From Phaeosaccion multiseriatum (lineage: Eukaryota; Protista; Ochrophyta, other classes), in assembly GCA_965112735.1 (NCBI GenBank), contig OZ218951.1:3596001-3660000 (forward strand): a stretch of DNA of 64,000 nt, read 5' to 3'. The position numbers were made by a program, and so were the translations under genes. Under the pieces are notes generated by a model that was not told the DNA's origin, did no database searches, and worked only from the letters and a program-made list of their open reading frames with translations. Below are positions 47,877 to 61,437 of this stretch, piece by piece (the first letter of the stretch is position 1; the number at the start of each line of letters is the position of its first letter).

Positions 47877-49565
47877 CTAGAAGCGGGGCCGGCGCTTCTT
47901 CCAGCCCTTGATCTGCTTGGCCAGGTCCACGGTGTCAGGCTCGTTATATGACCTTTTCTTTACCTCCGTCTCGTTGCTCGATACGCCCCACACGGGCTCC
48001 ATATCTGCTCTCTCCTACACACGTGGCAGCAAGTTGGGGCGTTGCTCTCCATGAGTACATACGGGGGTAGAAGAAAGGCATGAGCACGGCCACAGCCTCA
48101 CGCACTTACCCACTTCATGTGTCTCCACTTTCGGACTTCAGCCCAGTACTTGCCCATCTGCAGCACCTGCCCCTGCCCGAGCACTCTGGGCACGGGCCAA
48201 GCGGGAGAGGTCGTCACAGCCGCCACGGCATAGGCCAGCTGCTGCCGATGCTCCTGCTGCCGCTGCTGCTGTTGCCGCTGCTGCTCTCCGATCCACCGCA
48301 GCAGCTTCCCCCCCACCCCTATTGACTGGACGAACCCTCTGTCGTCCATGGTGAAACCTGCCGCCTCCACCAGCTCGCCCGCGTCTCCACCACCCGTCCG
48401 GCCCAGCAAGCCGTTGGTCCGCTGGCAAGCGTCAGCGATAGCCGACACGGGCACGTACTTGCCAGTCTGGGAGAAGCGGCGCAAGTTCCGCCGCAGCAGC
48501 TCCCCGAGGGGGACTCTGGGCATGGCCGGGCTTCCCCACGTGATGAACTCCACAGGACGAAGGTACTGCTCTCGGTCCAGAAAGAGGGAAGATCAAAGAG
48601 AGTGAAGGTGAGCCAAACCACATCCATCCCAAGGCGGAGCGCGCGAAGCAGCCCACTTACCTTCTCTGCCAGCGACAAGGCCGTCTTGAAGTCCCTGCTA
48701 CGCGTGTTGGTGTTTCCCCAAGCCACCGGGCCCGCGTGGTGGGCTAGCGCCTCCCGCAGGCGAGCAGTGGCGGAGGCAATACCCGGGCGAATGCCAGAAG
48801 CCATAAAACACTGCACATCCTTTATTTCCTGTGTACACACGATACGGCAGGGTGAGACACGGACAATGCATGCAAGTTTGGTGTGTCCCGCCCTGTACGC
48901 ACCATCCCCAAGCCGGCATCTAGCTCCTCCTTCATGGCCCGCAGAAGCGTCGCCATGGACTCTATATGCTCCTTTCCGCCGCAACGCTCCGCCGCCAGCA
49001 GCTTGCCCAGCATGCTTGCAGCCTGCTTCATGGGGCAGAGGCCCGTCAAGGCCAAGGCAACAATCCTCTGCTCTGCGATGGAATCATCTGTCCGAAGCGC
49101 CTTGAGAACAGATGGCTTCCTCGTCCACCGGCTAGAGTCAACGTCAGCCCTCCGGTCAAGCCCATCTCGGCTCTCCCCAGAGTAGAGCAGCTGCGAAAGC
49201 GGCACCGGCACGTACACGCCCAAGGAGTCGTCGATGCTAATGTCCTTCACCACCCCGCCGCTGGGGTGCTCTAGGCCCCGGACGTGAGTGGTCTTGCCGC
49301 AACACTGCGGACCGACCGCAATCAGAAGCGGGGGCCTGCAATTCGCCGATGCATCCTCGCCGCCCTGGGCCGCCGCCGCTCTCGCTGAAGTCTGACTCCG
49401 CCTTTGGCCACTGCTGCTGCAATGCCCAGGAGCAGCCGGGGCTGCAAACAATAACAAGTCCGCGAGGAAGGCACCCGCAGGGAGTGCAAGGGCGCCACAC
49501 AACAAGGCCCCCAGCAGAAGCTTTGCGAGCTTCGCGAGTCTACCACATCCCCACCACAACCCCAT
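47877..49565 (-). CDS. P-loop (AAA_33-like) kinase-fold protein with signal peptide + AF motif (multi-exon)
   Basis: LLLGALLCGALALPAGA-FL leader; LLIAVGPQCCGKTT Walker A; WGNTNT; ELLRRNLRRF..TGKYVP. Confidence 0.65.
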
Positions 49566-49707
49566 CCCTCTCTCGAAACTATTTTTGACTATAGATGTGC
49601 CCTCCCCGTCGTCGGACAAGTCCCCAACTGTTGCTTGCTTTGATTTCACCTTGCACCTCCCTGCTGTAGGGCAGCGGCCGGGGAGGTCTCTTGCAAGGTG
49701 ACTTCCC

Positions 49708-52465
49708 ATGTCTCTTAGGCTTCGCTGGGAAAGGGTCTCTTCTTGCTCGGACTGGTGCGGGAGGAGGAAGCATCAGGTCGTGAGCCACAGAGGGCAGCTC
49801 TTCGTCCTTGGCGGATACTCCGTGGACTCCACCCACTCTGACGGGGTGACGCTGAATGATGTGTGGAGCAGCAGCGATGGTGCAGAGTGGGTGCACGTGC
49901 TGGAGCGGGCAGAGTGGACGGGGAGGGATGGGCACACGGCCGTGGTGCACAACGGACAGATCTACCTCATGGGAGGTGTGTGTCTTGCAGAGAGAGAAGG
50001 GGGGCTTTGCATGTGGCATGTATCCCTTACCGTGTGTGGCTTGTCCGTTCTGCTCAGGAACGAACGATCCCCGAAGCCAGTTCTCGGATGTCTGGCGCTC
50101 GACGGACGGAGGCCATTGGGCTCTCATCAGCAAGTAGGCTTTAGGGTAGTGGGAGGGAGGCACCCGTAAGGGCTGGTCCTCACTCTCATGTTGCGGTGTC
50201 TGCTGCTGCTACTCCTTTCAGGTATGCGGGGTGGATGGGACGATGGCAGCATGCGGCTGTGTCCTTCGTGGACGGCTACATGTACGTGATGGGGGGCTGG
50301 GCGGGAGATGCGGGCTACCTCAACGATGTGTGGCGCACCCTGGATGGGAAGCACTGGGTCAGGTGCACCGAGCACGCTCCGTGGAAGAAGCGTATGTTTC
50401 ACATTGTGGTGAGTTGTGTCTTTGTGGCTCTGTGAGGAATGCAGGGACGAACCCTAACACAATGCCACACACAGGTCACTCTGAACGGCGCCATGTACCT
50501 CCTCGGGGGCTTCGATGGGCGGGAGATGCTCAATGACGTCTGGGGTGCGTGGCACAAACGACCAAAAGAGTCACTTTCCGAGTTGCCAGTGCTGACGTGA
50601 GACCCGCCTGCCCCTGCTGCACAACCTTCATAGCCAGCACCAACGGGCAAGACTGGACGCTGGTGACGCACGAGGCGGCATGGTGCCCTCGCAAGGGGCA
50701 CGCGGCGTGCGTGTTTCGAGGATCCATGTACGTTTCTTGGTCCACACGTTGCGGGGGTGGAGATATTTCCCCACGTCTAACCTACCAACGCACGTCCCTC
50801 CACAAGCTTCATTGTCGGTGGCGAAGGAGGAGAGCAAGAAAAGCTGAACGACATTTGGGTGTCCACCGACGGCGCGCACTGGGAAAGACAGGTGTGTTGT
50901 GCTTTGTCTTTAGCTCTTTTCCCTCTGAGCCTTGCCCTTTCACAACTCAGGGGTGTCTCGGTCCGTACGGTACTCTCTTGTTGGCAGGGTGAGGCGCCCT
51001 TCTGCGCTCGCTTGGGGCTAGCCGTGGTGGTGCACCAGCGGGGAATATATGTGCTCGGGGGGGTGGGCGACGGCACGCAGTACCTCAACGACTGCTACAG
51101 CACCACCACTGCAGCGCCCACACTCAGACTCAGTCGGAGCATTTCAGACGCGGAGGGAGGGCCGAACACTCCCTTGAGCACTCCCTTGTCCTTGGCGAGG
51201 CGGAGACGCACTGCCAGTCGGCTGGAGCTGGAGCACTTCGCAGACGGAGCCTGGGGGTGAGTGGTGGGCCTGCGGTGGTAAGATACTCCTTCCCTTTCCA
51301 ACCAACTTTTCACTCACTCAATCAACCCCGGCCGCCTTTAGTCATTTCGAAGACGGCGGCGGGGACTCGAGTGCAGCCAGCTCCCCTCCGCCAGCTCAAT
51401 TGAGGCGCGTAGGCTCTGTGGAGGTGGCGACGGTATCACCCACGTCGTTGGGAGGAGGAGGAAGCTCTTCCATACGGCGGGAGTCTGGACTCCGGAGCAA
51501 TAGCGCCCACTTTCGAAACAATAGCTCCCACTTTATGACCGAGGACGGAAGCAGCATCACTGTAAGCATGACTGCGGTGGCCGAGCGACTCCTACGACGC
51601 AACTCGCACCGCGCTTTACTCGAGGGGGTGCGGCAAGGGAACCGCGTTATCGTGGACACTGTTCGCAGCGCCGTGTTGTCGACGAGGGCGCCCCAAACAC
51701 GCGACGAGGGGGACGAGAGGGGCGAGAAGGGCGAGAGGGAGGCTGAGGAAACCAACAGCCACACGTGCTCGGGGCTGGGGCTGGGGCTGCGAGCAGAGGT
51801 CGCACGGGCCAGGGAAGAAATTGGAGGCGTGCAGAGAAAGATTCGGGCAGCTGGGAGACGGGCAATCCGCGCCATTGGGGCGGCGGGGGAGGGGCAGGGG
51901 CAAGAGAGTGCCGCTGCGGAAGCCATTGTGGCGCAAGTGAAGAAGGAAGTGGAGGAGCTGAGGCGCACAAGGTCTGACTTGGCCAGGAGGAGTCTCGGTG
52001 CGGCGCAGAATCTGCTGAGGCACTTGACCGAGCTTATCGGGCACCATGCCTCCAAGGAAGAGAATGTGTTGGAAAGCATGCATGCTCTGGAGGAGCAGGC
52101 CGGGTTCATTGGAGGGGCTGTGGCTCAGCAGATGCAGAACCTGCGGACGGTGAGACAGCAGCAGCAGGAGCAGCAACAGCAGCAACAGCAGCAGCAACAG
52201 CAACAGCAACAGCAGGGAGACCCCGAGTGGGGCACGGATCAAGACGATGCCGCCGTCGTCTCGCAAGAGGTGCAGGGGGGGGATGTTGTGCAGCGCTACC
52301 TGGCACTTGAGAAGAGGGTGGATGATGAGATGGGCGGCGGGGTGCTCAAGGGGCAGGAGAAGGCGCAAAAGGCCCTCGAAACTCTGCGCCAAGTCATGCA
52401 AGCGCGGGCAACAATGCTGGGCAGCTTTGCTGGCTGGATTGCGGGAAGCAGCACCGCGAGCAGTT

Positions 52466-52502
<37 letters not shown>

Positions 52503-54931
52503 CAGCAGCAGCAGGAGCAGCAGTAGCAGCAGTTGCAGCAGTAGCAGCTGTAGTTGTAGCCCCGCCCCCGAAAAGGCCCGAAGCGGAGGGGATGGTGATG
52601 ACAGTGTCAGCTGCAAGCGTAAGGCAGAGAGGGGAGAAGAGGACTGCGCTTCCTGTGCCTCTCCAAGCGATCGCATCCGCGCCGCTCGAGACTTTGACAC
52701 TGACTCTCTCCAAAAGTTTGATTCGGCGAGGATGGTGGCCCACAAGGCAGTGGACTTGGAGCTTCAGGAGCTGCCGCAGGCCTACGAGTCCGCCTGCACC
52801 TTGGGCAATGACCTCATCCTCACCGGTCACGACTACCTCGCACACGTCCTGGCCGACGCGGGGAGAGAGGCCTCTGAGCTGCAGCTCCACCAGCAGGAGA
52901 TGGACGCGTGGTTCCACGTGGTGACGCAGCTGGCGGACGAAGAAAATATCTCCAGCAAGTCCATGGAGCTGCAGCAGAGGCTCAGCAAGGCGGAGAACGT
53001 GCTCCTGGACGCCGAAGATATGGCCATCGACGCACGCAGCGCGGTAGGTGGATTGAACGGCGTGGCGCTCAGCAGGTCCAACCAATTCTCCCCCCCCTCC
53101 CCCCCCTCCATTCTCAACTCTTTTGTCGCCCCGTCCTCCACAGCTGGAGAAACGGAGGCGGCGCTCGTCAGCAGCATCGGATCTGAACCCCCTGATCGAG
53201 GCCAAGAGTCGCGCAGAGGACAAGGTGCGCGACAAGAGGAGAGACAGGAGGCAGCTCCTCGCCGCTATTGCGGACTTCGCACACACTGTCGCACCGGAGA
53301 TGGTGCTGGCACTTCCCCAGGTACTCAACCCGGCGGCAGCAGGTGGGTCGGGACATCGCAGTCTGTGCGGACTGGACCTCAAGGCGGTCAAGTTGCCCGT
53401 CAGGGTGCTTGGGGAGTACGAAGACGTGCGGCCCTTGCATCAAGACGACGGCGTCCGGACGGGGAGAAGGCCTATCTTCTCCGCGCTTCACGACGACGAA
53501 CAGGTGCGGCGATGGTGCGTCTTCCCCATCCACAGAAAGTACTGCCTCATGTGCCTGATGCGTGTCAATACGCGCACGCACACACACACAGGTGGTGCTC
53601 AAAGGCTATGCGGTGGCGAACGACATTGACCGGCGCAGGATGGAGAAGGAGCTCAACATCCTATGCCGCCTCAAGCACGACGCAATCATCGCCGTCAACG
53701 CGGTGGTGGAGGATGACTCGGACTCGTGCGGCCCCATGCCCATGGTGTACATTGAGTTCCCTCTGTGCACGGGTGGCGACCTCAGGCAGTGGCTGGCCAG
53801 CAAAGAACGAGTACGTGTGTGAGGAAGGGCACCTCTTCCGTCTGCCTGCGCACAGAGAGCAAGAAAGCCGCGTGTATCAATCAACGAATCGTTATCTCCA
53901 TTCTCATTCTCCTGCCTGCTGCTGCTGCTGTAGGAACCATGGGAGTTGCAGACGGCCTTTCGGCAAATCCTCTGTGGAGTGATGCACCTCCACGACCGCG
54001 GTGTTGTGCACAAGGACATCAAGCCCGGCAACATCCTCGTGCACGGAGACGGACGGGTGCTCTTGGCGGACTTTGACATTAGCAAAGACACTACAGGTGC
54101 GTCGGGCTTTCACCTCGACGTGTAGGCTCCACACACAGACAGGTCCACTCACCCCCTTCCAAACAACAGACTTTGGGGGCGTTGCGGGGGGCAGTGCTGC
54201 TTCCACGACCACAGGGAGGGGGGAGAGCGGCACGGCGGGTTTCATGGCCCCAGAGGTGGAGGCTGGAGAGCCTTCTTCGCCGGCGTCGGACATCTACTCG
54301 CTCGGAGTTGTGCTCTTTTGGATGCACTTCCCTCGACACCCCACCGGTGAGTGGGAGATAACATGTCCTTTGCATCATCGAGGCCGTCGAGAGTCAAACT
54401 CAAAACACACACTTTCGCAATGCGCACAGGGCCGGTGGCTGGAGCGCTGAACATTCCCAACGCAGCGGGGGGGGCGGACGTGCACCTGTTGCAGCTGCTG
54501 CGTAATCTCATGGCCGTGGATGCCCAGACAAGGCCGTCAGCGGCCGACGCTCTGATGCACCCCTACTTCCGTGTGTCGCATGTGGACCACCTCGTGGAGC
54601 AAGGCGTGGTGCTGCAGCAGGACACCAAGGTGCGGATATTAGAGCCCCAACTGAAACGGGAGGACAAGTCGCTCACGTACTTGGCGTGGGCCCCAATACG
54701 CACACGCACACACACACACACGCACACACACACACACACACACACAGCTCGAGGCCGTGCGCACCCTCTTCTCGGCCGTGCGGCGCGAGGTCGGGCGGAG
54801 CGATCCACTGAAGCTGAGTGTGCATCGGGCCAGCAAGAAGCTCGTACCGACCAGCCTGGATGCCCTTCACGGTCAGTCAGTCAGTCAGTCGCTCGGGAGC
54901 GGTGTTGGTCTTGTTCCTATCGTCGTCGTCG

Positions 54932-54969
<38 letters not shown>

Positions 54970-56375
54970 ATTTTTTGTTGTTGTTGCTATTGCTGTTGTT
55001 GAACATTCGACACGAACGAAATGCGCGATAGGTATGTCTGGTGCGGAACTCCGACGGCCGCTCCGAGTGACCTTCGAGGGAGAGGTGAGGGAGGGAGGGG
55101 CGGCTGTCGTTGTTGCTTCTGCTCCAGGGGGGGGGGGGGGGGGGCAGCCTTTTCTGAAGTATGGACATGTGTGTATTGTTGTATGTGCTCTCCCGGCAGG
55201 CTGGCGTGGACGAGGGAGGCATGTTGAGCGAGCTCTTCTCGCTCCTCTTTGAGGCTGTGCTGGACCCCGTCTGGGGCCTCTTTTGCGCAAGTGGGGACAC
55301 AGCTGGCGAGCCTGTGCCCTCTGACGATGACGAGGAGGAAAAGGGGGACATGCTGGAGGAGCAGCACAGGATGGGGGAGAGGCGGGTGGCCGGTGGCAAG
55401 AGTGGGCATCGGTATCTTCCCACCCCTCGGGAGACGTACGTTCCAGAGCAACTTGGCAACTACAAGGTGGGTCTGAGTGGCGTACGCGTGAAGAGGCATA
55501 CACTCCTTCTATCTAACGGACTCGACGAATCCCTTCTTAGGCGATTGGCAAGGCCTTGGTGAAATGCTTGTACGAGGGGCGGCGCATCGGAAATCATTTC
55601 GCCCCGAGCCTCTTCAAGTTCCTGGTCACGGCCGAGCCGTCTCTGCGGGACCTGCAGGAGTTCGACAGCCAGACGGCGCACGGCATGCAGTGGGTGCTCG
55701 CCAACGTGGGCACGGTGTCTCTGGGGCTGCACTTTTCAGACGTAGGCAAGGACGACTTGGGCCCAGTCAATGACCACAACAAGCACGAGTTTGTGCGCCT
55801 CAAGGTCAGTCCGAGAACCCGTGTGCGCTGGTGTGGTGATATGTTGTACCCTCAAGAATTGGAATTTGCCCCCTCTTCTCTGTTCTCAGCTGAAGCAGAT
55901 CTTGGTCGAGTCGCGGCAGCCGGCGCTGGAGGCAATGCGCGACGGTTTCGCCGAGGGCCTCCGAGGCCTGTCTCCCGATGCAGCGCCCTTTCTCCGGCTA
56001 CTGTCCCACGCGGACTGGCGGGTGCTGCTGTGCGGTGATGAGCACATCAGCGGCGCACAGGTCGCTGCGGTGCTCAAGTGGTTCAACTTCCCCCCGTCCA
56101 GCAATATCCCCAAGTGGCTGCACACGCTCGTGTTGTCCTTGGGGGAGGACATGCTGCGGCGCTTTCTCATCTTCGTCTGCGGCTGCGCGTCCCTCCCCGC
56201 GGCCGCCGTGGGGCGCGTGGAGATAACTGTTCGGCGACAGCCCCGAAGCGCAGCCCTGCCCATCGCCCACACTTGCTTCTTGCAGCTCGACGTGCCGGAC
56301 TACGACAAGGAAGCCGTCCTCAAGCACAAGCTTCTGCAGGCCATCGGGAACACAGCCACCTTTGACGTGGTGTAG
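49708..56375 (+). CDS. Kelch-type beta-propeller + coiled coil + protein kinase + HECT E3 ligase fusion (multi-exon)
   Basis: Repeated xYVxGG...LNDVW blades. Kinase motifs VVLK, HKDIKPGN, DFD, GTAGFMAPE and SDIYSLG. HECT motifs LRVTFEGE.GVDEGG and LPIAHTCFLQLDVPDY. Confidence 0.85.
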
Positions 56376-56717
56376 CTACTTGTCGTGTTGGACGTTCAAC
56401 CGACCACGTCCCTACCGCCCTGATCCCCTGACACGCTACTTTTTGTGTCAGGGGTTGAAGAGAAAATATGTCATTTGAAGCCACGTACTTCGAAGCGTTT
56501 TTTTTTTTTTTTTTTTTTTTGTAAGTCGTTTAGATGGCAGTTGATGGCGATATATGCCTCCTACATGGTGAACATCGACGAATCTCTCTTGGGCTCAAGC
56601 CACGGAGCAAGGAGGGCAGATAGCGGCAGTAAATAGACAAGGGAAGTGGGGGGGGAGGCTGTCTGGTCCTAAAAGAGGGTTATTTTTCCTTGACCAATGT
56701 AGCGGACCTGGGGTGGG

Positions 56718-57727
56718 ATGCCTTCAGCCATGATGTCAGAGACGAAGGTGGAGGACGCGCAGAAACTGCGGAGCGCCTGTGATCAGTGGTACGTACGAAT
56801 GTGCCCTTTAGACTTATCCAGCGCCCTATGAACCGTTCAGAGCGGCCTCCGCGCCGCTACTACTTTTTTCTGCTGCCGAACTTCCGTGTCTGCGCACACC
56901 GCCCAAAGAGAGACCAACCGACTCCGCCCACTCCCCTCCCTCCCTAGCGTCCTTCCTCCCCCCCTTTCCCTCTCCAACTCCTCTTCTCCGTCTCTAACTC
57001 CGAATCCCTCCCGTCTTTCTATCCCACCCCCCTGCCTTCATCCCTGCCCTCCTCGCTGAAGTGCTCGCCGCAAGAGAAGATGTAATGGTCAGTTACCGTG
57101 CTCACACTGTACCAAGGTTAGTAGCGAAAAGGATGTTATTTTCCTGCTCCCAGGTGGTGGTTTGAGTCCCTGGTGGTGGTTTGATCGTCGTTCCCTGGGG
57201 CCTACTGGTTAGATCGTCATGGTTTGGCCGTGTCTTCTCTCGCCATTCTTTGATCTTCGTGTCTTGTCCGTTCTCTTGTCCCGTTGCCTGTACCCCTTCC
57301 GTAACCGTAGCTGGGCGTGGCGAGTGGCTGCACCTTCAGCATCAAGAGAAAGACGGGTCGAAAGAAGGGCAAGCAGTCAAGTGGAGGAGCGAAGGAGGCC
57401 AAGGAGGTCGCGAGGCCAAACAACGTGGGGAGTAGGGGGGGGTCTGTCATCGTATTACAGCAGCAGCAGCAGCAGCAGCAGCAGCGAAGGGAAGCTGCGT
57501 TGCAGCAGCAACAGCAGCAGCAGCAGCGTGAGCGACGGAATGATGTTGCGAAGGAGCAGCAGCAGCACCGGAAGGACCGAGAACAGCCTCAGCATCTTGC
57601 CCACCACCACTCTCGCAACAACTTTCACGCGGGGGCGGCAGCAGCGGCGGCGGTGGCTGCTAGTGCTGCGGGACAGAGCTCTCAACAGCAGCAGCACCGG
57701 CTTCAGCAGCAGCAGCAGCAGCAGCAT

Positions 57728-57760
<33 letters not shown>

Positions 57761-57883
57761 CAGCAACAACAACTGAATCGGAAAAGAGAGCATGTTCCCG
57801 AGCAACGTGAAGGCGCAAACATTCTGTTGAATCTATTGCAGCAGCAGGAGGAGAGGCCGCAGGACGAGAGACAGCAGCAGCAC

Positions 57884-57926
<43 letters not shown>

Positions 57927-59977
57927 CGCTGCTCAAGGAAGGCCAGCAGCGGCAGTCTCTGAAACGGCCTCGCACAGGGGGGGCTGTGGCAGCAGAGACG
58001 CCAGCAGGGCAAGAGGAGAAGGAGCGGTTCTTCTCTCCCATGAGGAAAGGGCTTGGTGAGATCCCCCCCGCACCGGTGCGAATATCGGAAGCGACTGGGC
58101 AAGAAACATTCGGCACCCTGGAGAACAAGTACCTCAACACGTACTTTTCCTTCTACGGCCGCTTCATTCGCTTGTCTTCTGAGGGCAGTGTGAGGTCGGC
58201 GATTGTCGAGTTGTCACTTTCCCCAGCACCTGCAGCAACACCAGCACCAGCCACCGCGCCAGGCCCTTCAGACTCTCTTCGAAAGCCCTCTGAACACGCA
58301 CAAGCTGCGAGTCTCTGGGCATCCGTATCCCTGGGGGCCATACTACATACAGGCAGTCCGCAGGAGGCCCTTGTCTATTTGGCAGCCGCGCAGAGCCGTT
58401 TGCTTGCGTCCACACTGCCAGATTCTTCGCTTGAACTGGCGAGGACTCGCATCTTGATGGTGCTCTTGTTTGACGCCATGGGGACGGGATATGAGGGCAA
58501 TTTGGCGCAAAGTCTAGCTCTCGCGGACCTCAGCTACAGAGAGTACAAGGCGAGCGGGCCGCAGATGCTCGAAGCGACTCTACGCCACCTCAGGCAGGTG
58601 CTGCGCTTCGTCAGGGGCGGCGAAGTCGTCAAGAGCTGGCATCTACCAATGTTTGACGGCGCCTACCACCAGGAGCAGCAGCAGCATGGACACGTGGGGG
58701 CGGAGGTGGGGATGGTCTGCTTAACTTGCCAAACCTGCATGGGGGGAAAGGACTCGGTGGGGGGGCCTGAGCCTCTTATTCCCCAAGTGGCGTGCGCTCG
58801 GGGCACGCTTTTGCAGGTGAGTGTCGTTTACGGCCAGCCTATTTCTGTTCCTTCCCACCATCTTTCTTACTACGATGCGTGTACTTTGCTTTGCTGAAAT
58901 TCAGATGGTGAACGAGCTCGGGGGTTGTGTTCCCTGTCAGCTTCTGTGCTCGATTGCCGACTCGGGGAGCGACAGCGACAGCATGGGCCAGCAGATCCAG
59001 CAGCTACGTAAGGCACTCACAGACACGGAGGGCCAGTTGCGCAGTGAGGCAGAGGAGCTGGGCACCAGTGTTTCAGGCCTTGCACTCTGTGTCATCCAGG
59101 CTCTGCTGGCCTGGCTTTGCTTCTGCTCCAACGAGAGGCAGCAAGGGGTGGAATTGATGTCCAACTGCCTCGCCCTCCTGTCGCCGTACAAGGGATGGAC
59201 ACGGCTTGGCTATGCAAAGAAGCTGGCCTACCTCATGGGCTTTGTGCTGGGGTCAGATGGAAAGGACAAGGATTACGAGAAGCTGCGAGGCATGTACAAC
59301 ACGGCTGATGTGCGTGTCAAGGATGACTTCCTGCCCAGCTTTTCTGAAAGGAATCGGCTGGTGACCTGCTTGTCTAGGACCTCAGCTTCCACCATGCCTC
59401 GCTGCCTGATCATGGCGTGCGGAGGGACGTGTTCGAAGAGCGGGGGGGCGGGGAGTGACCAAGGCGGCGGTCGCAAAGATACCAAAGAAGGGGACTGGCT
59501 GGAAGAAGCGGTTGCTGCCGCAGCAGCGGCCGCAGAGAGCATCAACCCTGCTGCTGCTGCTGCTCTTGCCGGGGGGATGAGCGGCGATGATGAGGACATT
59601 GGCGGCATGTTCGGTCCAGGAACGCGCACCTTTCTGGACTCGCAGCTTCACATGGATGAATACCAAACGCTCATGGTGGGTTTTGCATGCTGTTGGTTGG
59701 TATTCCTTCGACAGTTGACTCACCCCTCCCTCTCCCCCCACCATCAAAACCTGCAGAATATGATGGACAAGAATGCGAGCTACTCCATTCCCATGCCCCA
59801 ACCCCTGCAGCAGACGGACCAGCCCCTATTTACTCCCCATGGAATCGTCGATCGCATGGCGAGCCTGCCCCTAGCCCGAGCGCTTCAAAACTCTTGCACC
59901 AGCAACAGCATGGCTGGTTTCTCCGAGACATCCAAACTGGAGGGGGGACAACTCAACGCCACACAGCAGCAGCAACC

Positions 59978-60018
<41 letters not shown>

Positions 60019-60377
60019 CGCAGCAACAACAACCGCAGCAGCAGCAGCAGCAGCAACCGCAGCAGCAGCAGCAGCCAACACTGGTCGATGGGACAGATGT
60101 TGATAAAGACGTCGGCATGTTTGGCCCTGGAACGGTGAGACATTTTGTTTGTTTGATCTGTCAATGTGCTTTTGCTTGGACTTTGTCTATCGAGGAACCT
60201 CATCCCTTCTCCCTCACCCCTTCTCTCTGTCGTGGCCAACAGGGTGTCCTGCAAGCTAATCTGACCCTGGACGATTATCAGCAGCGAGACAACCAAGTGG
60301 ACGTCCCGCAGAGACTGCTTGGACCCTCCATTCCACTCGGTTTCGAATTCGATCCAATCCTGTGGCAAGCATTCTGA
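56718..60377 (+). CDS. Zn(II)2Cys6 binuclear-cluster transcription factor with poly-Gln tracts (multi-exon)
   Basis: Spliced exons (56718-56788, 57062-57116, 57311 onward) give RSACDQCARRKRRCNGQLPCSHCTKLGVASGC followed by a basic KRKTGRKKG stretch. Confidence 0.85.
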
Positions 60378-61018
60378 GATACGGCCTGCATCGGCGCTTC
60401 CTGTTCGTCTTACACTTTTTGCCCCACCTATAAACACACACATGAAAATATCGCTGAGAGAGAGAGATTTAGTAGCGGGGGAACACCCTACTGTTCAGAT
60501 GAAGTGAGAGAAGCTTCTTTTGGCTCTGAGGACTGTGCCCTTCCTAACCCTCTTGCACCCGTTCCTGTGCCCCGACGCCTTGCCCTAGAGGCTCCTCCCT
60601 CCCCCACCTTGCCATATCTCGCCACCAACCTCGCACCCCTGACGTGTTACCGACCTATTCTCGGTAGCAGATAAGCAGGCCGGCTGACGCTGGTTGGTAG
60701 CAGAACAAAGCCTGCTGATGCGGCGGAAGCAGGCCGCAAGAGCAGGTAGCACGTAGGGGTCGAAACCATTGAATCAAATCTCTTCCCCTCTCTCCACGCA
60801 CGCGTCCCCTCTATTAACCCCCCCATGGACCTCTTTGTGCGCTTCAATCCTCTTGCTCCTTCCAGCCCTTTCTGATGCGCTCCTATTTCCTCTCCCCCCC
60901 CCTAATACCACATCCATGCTTCGTTGCGTGCGTCTCTGCTACCCCCACTGTGTCTCTCTCCTATCCCTCTCTCTCTCAGAGATTTGCTAAATGGATGGCC
61001 AGCCCGCCAAGCTAGTCG

Positions 61019-61371
61019 TCATCTTGCCAAGTCTCTTGTGAACACATTCTTGTCTTGGTGGGCCTCCAGCTCCTCCCTGATCATCTTGATCGAGTCGACT
61101 GCCACAAAGAGGTGCTTGTCGTCCAAATCATCGATGACTACGTTACCTTTGGTCCTATCGAGCATAAGGATAAATTGCCTCGTTGGCACATCACTTACAG
61201 GGGGAAGCGAGAGAAAACAAAGCACGCAAGAGCAAAGAGCAAGAGTAGAAGTTACAGTGAGGTGAGGCTGCGGCTCCTTATACCTACCACTGACGTATAA
61301 TGCGCGAGTGACAGCGTCTGGTTCACTTACCAGGACACAAGAACACCTGACTGCGCGCGAACGATACTCAT
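61019..61371 (-). CDS. TFB5: TFIIH subunit p8 (Tfb5/GTF2H5), 2 exons
   Basis: MSIVRAQSGVLVSC, then an intron at about 61194-61330, then DVPTRQFILMLD...VIDDLDDKHLFV. Confidence 0.9.
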
Positions 61372-61437
61372 ATTGAGAAGAGAGCTCCACTTAGGGAGGG
61401 GAGACGACAGGGGGGGCTTTGGGTATTAGTGACTTGG

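Noticed and set aside
51616-53391. 591-aa minus-strand ORF
   Set aside because: GC-rich antisense shadow of the Kelch-kinase-HECT gene.
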